A stretch of DNA of 64,000 nt, taken from positions 1 through 64,000 of IMG/VR virus record IMGVR_UViG_3300050821_013910; one strand, written 5' to 3'. The notes beneath the pieces were generated by a model. It was not told the origin of the DNA. It did no database searches and saw nothing but the letters and a program-made list of their open reading frames with translations. The number at the start of each line of letters is the position of its first letter. The stretch's first letter is position 1. This DNA is from a virus. A program made the position numbers and the translations under genes. Below, in pieces: positions 9,647-18,838 of this stretch.

Positions 9647-9881
9647 CCCTCTGCCTCTGACCGGCGTCTATCAGTTCCCCCAAAACAAGTGCATCTGCGC
9701 CACGTGTGGATTCATGTGCTGGGTCGAGCAGAAAGCCTACCCTAGCACTACCTCTCCGGTGCGCGTCGTTGTTTCGCATCCTACTCACCCAACTTGTCCC
9801 TTCTCGCACCGAGCGTTTGAAGTCCCGATGACTAGATGCGAGGAGTTGCCTGTTGAATGGTTCTCGGAGCACATAGCATGA
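9639..9881 (+). CDS. hypothetical protein
   Basis: RBS GAGG, overlaps neighbours. Confidence 0.6.
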   Translation: MSDPLPLTGVYQFPQNKCICATCGFMCWVEQKAYPSTTSPVRVVVSHPTHPTCPFSHRAFEVPMTRCEELPVEWFSEHIA

Positions 9882-10120
9882 CCCAAGAAATCGAATCCCT
9901 CACCCTCACCCTCACCCTCCGCTGGAAGCATCTCGACCGCCTGAAGAACTTCTCGATGACGGTATACATCGGAGCCTGTCCTATCTATTCCAGTCCCGAC
10001 CCAGACGAGGCGCGCATGATCGCTAAGGTCTTGGCCGACTGGAAGGGACTGGCCGGAGAGGTGCCGGAACTGGATCACTGGACGCCTGAGCCGACCGAGC
10101 AGGAGAACACACATGTCTGA
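9878..10120 (+). CDS. hypothetical protein
   Basis: ATGA coupling, GGAG RBS. Confidence 0.6.
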   Translation: MTQEIESLTLTLTLRWKHLDRLKNFSMTVYIGACPIYSSPDPDEARMIAKVLADWKGLAGEVPELDHWTPEPTEQENTHV

Positions 10121-10913
10121 AATCGAATCCATCAAGCCGATCCTGACCGTAGTGGATGATGAGGGCGACTGGATTATCAACTCCACTGGCCCAGTCGGTA
10201 AGCAGGCCGCGCAGATCATCCTCCCGCTGGCTGCTGGCGCGAAGAAGGTGACCATCATCTGTGACTCTGAGATGAAGGTGATGCGGAGGAATCCGGCGGC
10301 GGAGAACCAAGCACTGCCGACGGGGAAGCCGAACGGTCAGGCAGCACCGACCCCTCCTCCTCCTCGCCGACCCTCCTCCCCCCTCGCCGACCAGCCCGCC
10401 GCCCCGGACGTGCAGGACCAGTTCGCAGCGGACCTCGCCGCCGGTCGCACCGGCGAGCAGGCCATGGGCGAGCAACCCTCTCCCACTCCCGGCCCCAACG
10501 ACCCGGTCAAGGTCCCAGCCGTCCCACCCTCCCGACGCAAACCTGTGATCTTCCAGGACGCCGCCGCCCCGCCCTCCCCCGAACTGGCCGAGGCGGAGAT
10601 GGCTCGTCTCCTCGCCGAAGCAGCCGAGGCCGAGCAGGCGGCAGCACAGGTGGCCGAGGACCAGCGCTACCAGAGGCAGCAGGCGGTGCAGGCCCAGGTT
10701 GAACCCCCCGCCGACCCCGCCGAACCTGAACCTGCCGCCGCCCAGCCCCGCCGCCGCCGCGAACCCCGTACCCTCGCCGTCGGCGGCCGGCCCTGCGGCC
10801 GCTGCGCCGGCGCCGGCCATATCGTCGGAGACTCCGGGTTCGCCGGGGCCTGCCCGGTCTGTGGGGGCGAGGGTCAGGTCAAGGCGTGGGACCGGTCGTT
10901 GAAGGTCAGGTAG
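10113..10913 (+). CDS. Pro/Ala-rich protein with C-terminal DnaJ-type zinc finger
   Basis: CGRCAGAG...CPVCGGEG. Confidence 0.7.
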   Translation: MSEIESIKPILTVVDDEGDWIINSTGPVGKQAAQIILPLAAGAKKVTIICDSEMKVMRRNPAAENQALPTGKPNGQAAPTPPPPRRPSSPLADQPAAPDVQDQFAADLAAGRTGEQAMGEQPSPTPGPNDPVKVPAVPPSRRKPVIFQDAAAPPSPELAEAEMARLLAEAAEAEQAAAQVAEDQRYQRQQAVQAQVEPPADPAEPEPAAAQPRRRREPRTLAVGGRPCGRCAGAGHIVGDSGFAGACPVCGGEGQVKAWDRSLKVR

Positions 10914-10959
10914 GGAGAGGGGCGTTGGCGCTGGCACTTGAGTACCTGAAGGGGATGAA

Positions 10960-11265
10960 ATGCTTTGGCTTGATTTCTTGATCTTTGGCAACGGCAGGGG
11001 AATGAAATCTCCCTACTCCGATGATGTGTTCTATTGGCTCAATAGACGCCTATACACATGGATTGGAGGCTTCGGAGCGCAACTGCGGAGTTTCGAGTGG
11101 TTCGCTCCAAAAGCAGGCACTCGGCGACGTCTGGCTGGTAAAGAGTTTGTTGTATTCAGCGTGAGCCGTCGCTGGCTGCGGGTCGATGTATCATGGGCGA
11201 TTTGTCAGCATCAACCCATCACCATCGAAGAGTTGCGCGAGCTTGAAAGTAGTCTCGGAAACTAA
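10960..11265 (+). CDS. hypothetical protein
   Basis: ORF with GGGG RBS, lower GC. Confidence 0.55.
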   Translation: MLWLDFLIFGNGRGMKSPYSDDVFYWLNRRLYTWIGGFGAQLRSFEWFAPKAGTRRRLAGKEFVVFSVSRRWLRVDVSWAICQHQPITIEELRELESSLGN

Positions 11266-11339
11266 CCTAGTAATAGGAACCGTGATCGGGACTAGAGTGC
11301 TGCTATGATTGCAACCAACTAACCAGAGAGGAGGCACCA

Positions 11340-11594
11340 ATGGACCCAATCCGAGACAAGTGGCTGGAATCCTCCCCGCTCGACACCCTTGGCGCGTCCT
11401 TCCTCCCTGCCAACTCGCTCGCCTTCATTCATGTCGTCACCCGGCCTATCGTCCTCGCTCCCGGCCAGTCCCTCGACGACTTGATCCTCGAACAGCAACT
11501 GGCTCAGGGGATCGACTGGGAGGCCACGGCAAGGCACTCGGCTGTCTTGACCAACTTGGCACCGCCGGAGTCGTCGGAGAAGGAGTCCCGCTGA
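11340..11594 (+). CDS. hypothetical protein
   Basis: GGAGG RBS; TGATG coupling to next gene. Confidence 0.65.
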   Translation: MDPIRDKWLESSPLDTLGASFLPANSLAFIHVVTRPIVLAPGQSLDDLILEQQLAQGIDWEATARHSAVLTNLAPPESSEKESR

Positions 11595-11887
11595 TGGAGT
11601 GGATCAAAGAGCGCGTGCTGGAATTCTCTGAGGAAGGTTCCACCAAGCGAATCCACTGCCGGTTCCGTTCCGATGGGCGCATGTTCTATCAGCAGCTTTC
11701 GGATTATCGACACACCCTCCCCTTTGAGAATCAACGAGACAGATTGGAGAGCCACTTCGCCCGGTTCATCGACGAGCCTCCAAGCACGGAGCAATACACC
11801 CTCGCCGACTTCGATCAGGACTTCGAGGAGCGGCTGGGATTGATGAAGGCCAAGGAAGTGTTTCCGGCGGAGGAGGCGGCTGCCTGA
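11594..11887 (+). CDS. hypothetical protein
   Basis: start re-called at 11594 (AAGGAG RBS, TGATG overlap). Confidence 0.65.
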   Translation: MEWIKERVLEFSEEGSTKRIHCRFRSDGRMFYQQLSDYRHTLPFENQRDRLESHFARFIDEPPSTEQYTLADFDQDFEERLGLMKAKEVFPAEEAAA

Positions 11888-12447
11888 TGGCGATCTTGCC
11901 CGACAGCGCGTTGCCTCTGTGCTCGAATCCTCAGCACCCAGCGGGTATGCCTCGCAAGATGATCTACCTCCAAACCAAGGACTACGCCCACGTGTTCGGC
12001 TGTCAGGCCTGCCGCGACGTCAACCATAAGCTATCGGTCCGCGTGATGACTGACTCGTTCTACCGCCGCGAGGTCCGCAAGCAACTGGCCGCCGAGGGTC
12101 GCCTCCTGACCGCCCCCCCTCCCCAGCGCCCGGTCCAGCTCTACGGTCAGACGGCTCAACAGTCGATCGGCTGGGACCCGGCCGCCCGTCGCAGCAAGGA
12201 CGGCAAGTTTGAACTGGTCGAGTACAAGGAATTGGGCAACGGCGATGTCCGCATTCAGATGGCGATTAACGGCAAGCTCTGCCCCCAGATGGATGATCAT
12301 ATTGCCTCCCGAGAAGAGTTCCGGTCGGAGGAGGAATATTGGATTAGGGTGGCCAGAGGGAGCGAGTTGATGTTGCATCTCTATGGCGATCCCCGCGCCC
12401 CTCTGACCCCCGAAGAATCGAAGCAGCGCGAACAGGAGATGTACTGA
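11887..12447 (+). CDS. hypothetical protein
   Basis: TGATG coupling, GGAGG RBS. Confidence 0.7.
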   Translation: MAILPDSALPLCSNPQHPAGMPRKMIYLQTKDYAHVFGCQACRDVNHKLSVRVMTDSFYRREVRKQLAAEGRLLTAPPPQRPVQLYGQTAQQSIGWDPAARRSKDGKFELVEYKELGNGDVRIQMAINGKLCPQMDDHIASREEFRSEEEYWIRVARGSELMLHLYGDPRAPLTPEESKQREQEMY

Positions 12448-12448
12448 G

Positions 12449-12628
12449 ATGATCCGCTCGACCTACACCTACGCGATCCTCGAAGTCAGCCATGCTGCTT
12501 ACTCCGAGATCAAAGCCAAACTGGAGCAGGCTGGCTACTCCGACCAGTTCCATGACGACCGCGATGGCGACGGGGTTGTTATCGACATGCACGGAATCGC
12601 CCTCAAGGATGAAGGAGAATCACATTGA
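12449..12628 (+). CDS. hypothetical 59-aa protein (not in ORF track)
   Basis: MIRSTYTYAILEVS...IDMHGIALKDEGESH*; AGGAG upstream; stop overlaps next TTG. Confidence 0.7.
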   Translation: MIRSTYTYAILEVSHAAYSEIKAKLEQAGYSDQFHDDRDGDGVVIDMHGIALKDEGESH

Positions 12629-13164
12629 GCAAATTGGCAGCAGTTCGCACCGGTCAACCAGCGCAGGGTATCGGAGCCGTTCCTGATGGCAACCCTCCTT
12701 CCTTCCCCCTCCCCCCTCCCGCCCTCGACGACGGTGACCCTCCCTCGATCAACCCTCGCTCCTACGCATCCGCCCCCCAAGCCGCGATGGCTGCCTCTTG
12801 GCTCTCGCTTAGGGCGACTGAACTGGAGGTCCGAAAATATTTCAAGTCCATCCCTGTGCCGAGCGGGCTGGAAATGTTGGCGAAAATGAGAAGGCAGTGC
12901 GACATGGCCGCCGAGACCCTCCAGCAGCGCATGGACGATGGCAATATAGAACGTTGTTCAGGTTGTGGAAAAACGCTCGAAGAAGCTCATAAGTCGGGAT
13001 GGTTGATGATGGGTTCGGATGTAGACTCTGCTACTGGTGTTCCTATGCCCTATCGCTACTGCGGTCCCCAGTGTATTCGGGAACGGAACCGCGAGAAGAT
13101 GCTCCCTCCCGAGTTACGTGACAAGAAACGTTTCGACGGCGAGGATATGGGAGACATTCGCTGA
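12625..13164 (+). CDS. hypothetical protein with CxxC...CxxxC
   Basis: TTG start after AAGGAG; CSGC..YCGPQC. Confidence 0.7.
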   Translation: MSKLAAVRTGQPAQGIGAVPDGNPPSFPLPPPALDDGDPPSINPRSYASAPQAAMAASWLSLRATELEVRKYFKSIPVPSGLEMLAKMRRQCDMAAETLQQRMDDGNIERCSGCGKTLEEAHKSGWLMMGSDVDSATGVPMPYRYCGPQCIRERNREKMLPPELRDKKRFDGEDMGDIR

Positions 13165-13412
13165 TGGCAGACTCTATCAAGGAACCTGCTCGTGACTCCT
13201 CCCTTACCATAACCGACTGCATGATGCGCGCCATGTCGGACTTTGGTGAGAAGGACTATGTGCGCTGCGTGGTTATCGCCATGAATGACGATGGCTCCGA
13301 ACGTTCGCTTTACTCCAACGCTCGCTCCGAACCGGAAATGTTCGGCATGATCGAGATGGCGCGAGAAGGGTTCACCGATAACATCATCGACGACGAGGAG
13401 GCCGACCAGTGA
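13164..13412 (+). CDS. hypothetical protein
   Basis: coupled starts and stops. Confidence 0.65.
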   Translation: MADSIKEPARDSSLTITDCMMRAMSDFGEKDYVRCVVIAMNDDGSERSLYSNARSEPEMFGMIEMAREGFTDNIIDDEEADQ

Positions 13413-13723
13413 GCCTCAAGTACGAATCCATCCTCCGCGACTCCATCTCCAAGCTCTCCCTCGGCCCTCGTGACCTCGTCATCGTCACCTCCCCCGAGGC
13501 CATGTCCACCTTCGTCGAGATGACTCAGGCCGGAGTGGGGTTCTCGGAGTACGCTAATCCTGTCCTCTACGTGCCGGGAGGCCTCGAAAAAGCCACCCGC
13601 GAGGACCTCCTCGACGCGCTGCGCATCCTCGACGAGCAGGCGGCGACCAGCGGGGGGAAGGCTGAGGAGCAGGTCTCGCGGATCATCACCGACCTCCACG
13701 CCCCGATCAGGAAGGTGCAGTAA
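13409..13723 (+). CDS. hypothetical protein
   Basis: GTGA coupling, GGAGG RBS. Confidence 0.7.
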   Translation: MSLKYESILRDSISKLSLGPRDLVIVTSPEAMSTFVEMTQAGVGFSEYANPVLYVPGGLEKATREDLLDALRILDEQAATSGGKAEEQVSRIITDLHAPIRKVQ

Positions 13724-14025
13724 TGGCCAACCAATCCCCGATTCACCGTCCGCTGGACGACGCCGATCCGCCAGCCAGTCTGCCCCCCGCCGCCCCACCT
13801 CCCCCTCCTGCCTCCCTCATCGCGCGCCGCGCCGCCCTCGACCAGCGCCCTCTCCACCATCGGCCCTTCTCGCTCGGCCCAGGCGGCGCCTCCTCCCTCT
13901 TCTCCCGCGCCGTCGAGCGCGCCCTGGTCGAGGAGATGGCGGGACAGCTCCGCGGCCAGGTGATCAGCGAGGGCACGGAGATCGGCAAGTGGGCCGCGGA
14001 CATCATCGCGGCGTTCAAGGAGTAA
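13723..14025 (+). CDS. hypothetical protein
   Basis: TAATG coupling. Confidence 0.65.
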   Translation: MANQSPIHRPLDDADPPASLPPAAPPPPPASLIARRAALDQRPLHHRPFSLGPGGASSLFSRAVERALVEEMAGQLRGQVISEGTEIGKWAADIIAAFKE

Positions 14026-14027
14026 GC

Positions 14028-14531
14028 GTGCTCTACTTCATCGATACCGAATTCAGCGAGAGGGGTCCCGAATACCCCCTCCTCCTGATTAGCCTCGCCT
14101 TAGTCGCCGAGGACGGGCGCGAGTTCTACGCCATCCATTCCGAGGTCTCTCCCGACGACTGCAACGACTGGGTACGTGCCAATGTCCTGCCCCATCTCGA
14201 CCTGAACGACGGCTGGGACCGGCGCTGCGCATTGGACGAGATGGCTACGCAGGTCGAGTTATTCTGTGATCCGGAGAGATATGGCAAACCGAAATTCGTT
14301 GGCTACTACTCGGACTACGACTGGGTTGTGTTCGCGCAGATATTCGGGACCATGATGGACCTTCCCAAAGGCTTTCCGATGTACTGCTTAGACATCAAGC
14401 AGTGGTGCGACCAGCTCGGCAATCCCACTCTCCCCAAGCAGACCACCACCGAGCACAACGCCCTCCATGACGCGCGCTGGAACAAGCAGGCGTGGGAGTT
14501 CCTGTCCGCGCGAGAGAAGGGAGAACGCTGA
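14028..14531 (+). CDS. DEDDh 3'-5' exo(ribo)nuclease, Rv2179c-like
   Basis: YFIDTEF, LISLALVAEDGREFYA, WVRANVLPHL, YDWVVF, HNALHDARW; GTG start after AAGGAG. Confidence 0.85.
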   Translation: MLYFIDTEFSERGPEYPLLLISLALVAEDGREFYAIHSEVSPDDCNDWVRANVLPHLDLNDGWDRRCALDEMATQVELFCDPERYGKPKFVGYYSDYDWVVFAQIFGTMMDLPKGFPMYCLDIKQWCDQLGNPTLPKQTTTEHNALHDARWNKQAWEFLSAREKGER

Positions 14532-14821
14532 TGGATTCCGTCTCTCCCGTCCTCACCGACCTCGAAATCCCCTCCGAGCAGGTCGTCGCCCTCGGTCAGA
14601 CCGCCCTCTACTACCCAATCATCGTCGCTCGCATCCGCTTCTCCGACGACTCCCCCTGCTCCCTGACCCGGTTCCGATTCAGCGACAAGGAACGCGACCT
14701 GCTCGCCGCCGGGGCTGACTTGATCCTCGGCCAGCCCCACCACGGCATGATGATGCCGGTCTCGCTGCAACTGGCGATGCCTGGAGAATATCCGTTGCCC
14801 GAGCCTGAGCCTGCGAAATGA
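14531..14821 (+). CDS. hypothetical protein
   Basis: TGATG coupling. Confidence 0.65.
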   Translation: MDSVSPVLTDLEIPSEQVVALGQTALYYPIIVARIRFSDDSPCSLTRFRFSDKERDLLAAGADLILGQPHHGMMMPVSLQLAMPGEYPLPEPEPAK

Positions 14822-14847
14822 CTGGAATGGAAATGGTCTGGGAGGGT

Positions 14848-14910
14848 TATACTAGGGGGGTCAGGGAGTTAGCGCTCCCGGCAAGCCTAATCGTTCTCGG
14901 AGGAACGACC
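14848..14910 (+). promoter_or_regulatory. -10 box plus two-hairpin leader of HNH-AP2 gene
   Basis: TATACT; GGGAG-ttagcg-CTCCC; CGTTC-tcggag-GAACG enclosing the RBS. Confidence 0.55.
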
Positions 14911-15633
14911 ATGACCCCACTATCAAGGTACTACAAGGACTACACAGGCAAAAGGTTCGGCCTGTGGACCGTGCTTTCTTTTCACGAGCGCACCAAACAT
15001 ACTACGGTGTGGCTGTGCAGGTGCGATTGCGGAACCGTGAAGCCGGTAAGCCGCAAATACCTGCAAGAAGGAATAAGCGAGTCGTGCGGCTGTTCATATA
15101 TCCGCAAGGGTTGGATCAAGGGTCTACTAGGCTACATTCCTCTGACCAAAGGACAGGTAGCGTATGTCAGCGCATATCGAGTAGAAGACCTGCAACGGTG
15201 GAATTGACACGCCGTGAAGAAAGCTTCTGGGTGGTATGCCTGTCGGCACGGTATCCCCGGCCAAGACACCGAGAGGCGTATATACATGGCTCGCTATATC
15301 CTTGGAATGGACCCTTCAGATAAGCGGCACGCCGATCACAAAAATCGCCGGACGCTCGACAATCGGGATCGCAATCTTCGCCCTGCTACTCGTCGTCAGA
15401 GTGTAGTAAACAGAGGGGTGCGCAAGGACAGCGCAACTGGAGTCAAGGGTGTCCGCCGCTGCAAGGCGAATGGTGTTTATGTGGGAAGATATCAGGCGCG
15501 AATAATATATAAGTATAAGGAAATCTACTTAGGGACTTACGATACTCTGGAAGAGGCAAGCCGGGTGTATATGGAGGCTGCTCGAAGGTTGTTTGGAAAG
15601 TTCGCCACGACTGGTCGAAAGAAGAGGAAATAA
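14911..15633 (+). pseudogene. HNH-AP2 homing endonuclease interrupted by one in-frame TGA (15205-15207)
   Basis: DYTGKRFG..WLCRCDCG..SCGC; IPLTKGQVA; RWN*HA; DHKNRRTLDNRDRNLRPAT; TGVKGV..YQARI..YLGTYDTLEEASRVY..FGKFA; the two track ORFs are in the same frame. Confidence 0.85.
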
Positions 15634-15635
15634 CT

Positions 15636-17444
15636 ACGCCCCTTAATCTCCATCACGTTGAACGCTTCTTTTCCCGGCTCAACATCCGCGACCGCGACGA
15701 CGGAACTCTTCACCCATTCATTCTTCGTGAGCAGCAGCAACAGGTCTTAGAACAATTCAAGGGTCATCTTGCTCGCCGCCGCCGTCTCTTTGGCGTGTTC
15801 CTCAAAGCTAGGCGCATTGGACTATCTACTCTCGCTACCGGTCTGGGTCAAGCGCACTGCATTGCCCATCCCGGATCACTCGCTCGCTGTATCGCGCAGA
15901 ACGCTGAGGTGGCGGCGGCTAACTTTGCGATGGCCTGTAGCTTTCGTGAAGATTGTAAAGACCTCTATTCAGGCGCTCCGAAACCAACTAAGAAGACACT
16001 AATATGGCCGCATAGTGATGGCCCCGATTCTCAATTTACTCACCATACCGCTGCTACCGTGCATGGTCAGCGCGGACTTACTTCCTCGTTCCTCCACCTC
16101 ACGGAAGCAGGGTTCTATCCCTATTCGGGCGCCTTCACGTCATTACTTAATACACTTTCAAAAGACCCCAACAACGCGGTCATCATTGAAACGACCGCGA
16201 ATGGTATGGAAGGACCGGGTGAGGCTTATTATCAGTGTTGGGAGGCAGCCGTAGCCGGGGACAATGAGTTTCTTCCCATCTTCTTACCATGGTGGGATGA
16301 CCCCGCTTATAACCTCCCCGAAGAGTTCGCCCTTGATGCTCCCCGCGACGAGTACGAGAAGTATTTGATGAATGATGTTAAGCATTGGAAAACCGGCAAG
16401 AAGGTGGAGATAACTAAGAGCCAGATAGCTTGGTTCAGGGAGACTCTCTCTGCCAAGTGTGAGGGGATCATTGAGAAATGGAGGCAAGAGTACCCGGCCA
16501 CTCCAGAAGAGGCTTTTGTAGCGACGGGTAACCCCGCTTTCACCATAGAAGAAATGCAATTCGCCGAGAACTCGATCGTTAAAATCCCCTGGCAAGGCCG
16601 TTGCGTCCTGACCCTCGACCAAAAACACGGCGAACTCCAAAAGGGAACCGACGGGCCGCTGGTCCTCTACGAGACTCCCCAGAAGGGCGCTCACTATTTC
16701 GCGGGGGTGGACTCAGCCCGCGGAGAAGAATCCACCATGGCCCCCGGAGACTACGCGGCTATGGTCTGCTTCAATGCCGAAACGGGTGACTTGGCGGCAA
16801 GATATATGTCTCGTGTGTCCCCTGAGGAACTGGCCTCCGTCGCTGCCGCACTCGGTTACTACTTCAACGGGGCGATGCTGAACGTCGAACTCAACAACAT
16901 CGGCTACGTGACCATGAAACAACTGCGCGACGTTTACTACTACCCCAACCAGTATCTCTGGAAGGGTCGCGATGACCGGGCCGACAAGTCCAAACAGGGG
17001 ATGGCCTACGGATTCGAGACCAGCGACCGTTACCGCCGCATGATGTTCTCGCTATTCCGCACGGCCATCCACAGCAAGCGGGTCGTCCCCAAGGATCGCG
17101 TGCTGGTCTCACAAATGAAGAAAGCCAAGCTGGAAATGAACTGGCGCTGGAACGTTGCCGTCGGACATGACGACGTGCTGATGGCGGCGCTACTTTCGTG
17201 GATCGCTGTCGAGCAATACCACAGTGCTCCCTGTCAGCATCGCTCTCCCAAGAACGTGCTGATGACCAAGGATGAGTTAGAGAATGCTGGATTCTCTCCT
17301 ACTCGCGGCCAGATGCCAGAGTGGACCAAGGACCCAACTGTCACCGGCATGGGAGCGCTCCTGACCACCGGCAATGACCATCTCAAGAAGCTCGAACTCT
17401 ACAACAAGGCCAAGCAGAAGGTCAATCGGTTGCAATGGATCTAG
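15636..17444 (+). CDS. terL: terminase large subunit
   Basis: KARRIGLST Walker A-like, LHLTEAGF Walker B, IETTANG, FLPWW, QEYP, YFAGVDSARG, VELNN, GHDDVLMA; frame open back to ACG 15636 (first canonical start is GTG 15795). Confidence 0.92.
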   Translation, partial: TPLNLHHVERFFSRLNIRDRDDGTLHPFILREQQQQVLEQFKGHLARRRRLFGVFLKARRIGLSTLATGLGQAHCIAHPGSLARCIAQNAEVAAANFAMACSFREDCKDLYSGAPKPTKKTLIWPHSDGPDSQFTHHTAATVHGQRGLTSSFLHLTEAGFYPYSGAFTSLLNTLSKDPNNAVIIETTANGMEGPGEAYYQCWEAAVAGDNEFLPIFLPWWDDPAYNLPEEFALDAPRDEYEKYLMNDVKHWKTGKKVEITKSQIAWFRETLSAKCEGIIEKWRQEYPATPEEAFVATGNPAFTIEEMQFAENSIVKIPWQGRCVLTLDQKHGELQKGTDGPLVLYETPQKGAHYFAGVDSARGEESTMAPGDYAAMVCFNAETGDLAARYMSRVSPEELASVAAALGYYFNGAMLNVELNNIGYVTMKQLRDVYYYPNQYLWKGRDDRADKSKQGMAYGFETSDRYRRMMFSLFRTAIHSKRVVPKDRVLVSQMKKAKLEMNWRWNVAVGHDDVLMAALLSWIAVEQYHSAPCQHRSPKNVLMTKDELENAGFSPTRGQMPEWTKDPTVTGMGALLTTGNDHLKKLELYNKAKQKVNRLQWI

Positions 17445-17462
17445 GGAGGAGGAGGAGTCAGT

Positions 17463-17765
17463 ATGTTGAAGAGTGCAGCACGTTCTCATCCAAAGGGTCC
17501 TGCTCCGACCCATACCGACGCCGAGTACCTCGCCTTCGATCCCGGTGCAGGCGACGACTTCCCCGCCGAGGTCGAATGTCGCAAGACCGCTCTGGTGGTA
17601 ACTCGGAAGGAACATACTTGCTTCGGCTGGAAGGGGGACATGCAGCATAAAATCCCGCCCGGCACCCGAGTCTATCGCGAGTCTGGAAAGTGCGAAGGCC
17701 ACTTCGGCACGGTCTATATGTGCCTGCCTTGCGTGGATATTTCACTGGAACCGGAGTGGTGGTAG
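17463..17765 (+). CDS. hypothetical zinc-binding protein
   Basis: RKEHTC..IPPG..MCLPC; strong RBS. Confidence 0.7.
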   Translation: MLKSAARSHPKGPAPTHTDAEYLAFDPGAGDDFPAEVECRKTALVVTRKEHTCFGWKGDMQHKIPPGTRVYRESGKCEGHFGTVYMCLPCVDISLEPEWW

Positions 17766-17777
17766 GAGGTGAGCGAG

Positions 17778-18743
17778 GTGATTCAAGATGATCGAGCAGG
17801 ATTACAACAAGCTAACTCTAACCTTTCCTTCCAAGGAGGCGGCGACTCAGGCCAAGCAGTGGATAGAGGTAGCCGTCCTGCCGTGGCTGGCGATGGTAAG
17901 CCAGCCCGCATCCGTAACCTTCGGGCCACCTTCCGAGCCGTCCCCCGCGATGGAGCCAGCGCAGGCGACGGAACCAATTCGCTCCCACCACGTAGTCCTG
18001 ACCGACGAGCGGCTGGACCAGCTCTACCAGCAGCGCCAGTCGGGCCAGACCTCCCGCCAGCGCCTCCTGCGCGCCCAGGCCACCCTGCGCGACGGGGTTC
18101 TCCCGTTCAGCCGACCGGGAGCGGAACCACCACCGCCGTCGGGTCAGGAGTCGCCCAGGATGCGGGCGGAGCGGGAGGGAGGGTTCGCGGACGGCGAGGC
18201 TCCTCAACCAAGCGCAAGAAAGGGAAGCCGACTACGGCCAGCACCACCAGCGCCGACCCCAAGCTCCCCCCGGCCATAGCCAAGCTGGTACCGAAGGATA
18301 CACAGACCCCTCCTACCACTCCCCGGTTGGTCCCGACTGAGGCGGAGAGGTCCGACGCTCGCCGCCTCTTCCGCGAGATCGGCCAGCGCTTCAACGAGAA
18401 CCGGAAGAGGAGTAAGACCGCCGCCTATGCCGCCTTCCGCCACGACCTGATGGACAACCTCGATACCTTGATCATGGGAGGTGCGCTGGACCTGAAAGAG
18501 GCCACCGCGATCGTGACTAACTTAGAGAGCTACACCCGCGAAACCGAAGCCGAATCGACCGAGACCCCAGCCACCATCCTCGGGCGCTGGTTGCGGATGG
18601 CGCCGGGGGAGGTGGGGGAACTGGAGCGGGGCGGGGCGGAGGGGGAGGTGTCAGGACTGATGGATGCAAACGAACAGCCGGAGGACGCGCCAGAGGATGA
18701 AGGGGAAAACGAGGAGCCTGTCGACGCCGACCAGCCTGCGTAG
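17778..18743 (+). CDS. hypothetical protein; helical C-terminal half looks genuine, true start uncertain
   Basis: GTG 17778 after AGGAGG; coding-like codons from about 18220. Confidence 0.55.
   Translation: MIQDDRAGLQQANSNLSFQGGGDSGQAVDRGSRPAVAGDGKPARIRNLRATFRAVPRDGASAGDGTNSLPPRSPDRRAAGPALPAAPVGPDLPPAPPARPGHPARRGSPVQPTGSGTTTAVGSGVAQDAGGAGGRVRGRRGSSTKRKKGKPTTASTTSADPKLPPAIAKLVPKDTQTPPTTPRLVPTEAERSDARRLFREIGQRFNENRKRSKTAAYAAFRHDLMDNLDTLIMGGALDLKEATAIVTNLESYTRETEAESTETPATILGRWLRMAPGEVGELERGGAEGEVSGLMDANEQPEDAPEDEGENEEPVDADQPA
17788..18279 (+). CDS. hypothetical protein (overlaps the 17778-18743 frame)
   Basis: GAGGTG RBS, typical GC3 codons. Confidence 0.6.
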   Translation: MIEQDYNKLTLTFPSKEAATQAKQWIEVAVLPWLAMVSQPASVTFGPPSEPSPAMEPAQATEPIRSHHVVLTDERLDQLYQQRQSGQTSRQRLLRAQATLRDGVLPFSRPGAEPPPPSGQESPRMRAEREGGFADGEAPQPSARKGSRLRPAPPAPTPSSPRP

Positions 18744-18838
18744 TCCCTCGCCACTGTTATGCCTCCCCGACGCCCTCCCCCTCCCACCTCCACTATCCTT
18801 CCAGCAGAACCCGTCCGCGTCCACAGGGAGGCACCCTC

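Noticed and set aside
14818-15640. Group I intron carrying the HNH-AP2 gene within terL
   Set aside because: No upstream terL exon or intron core elements were recognised; the TerL N-terminus is complete from 15636 with its own SD.
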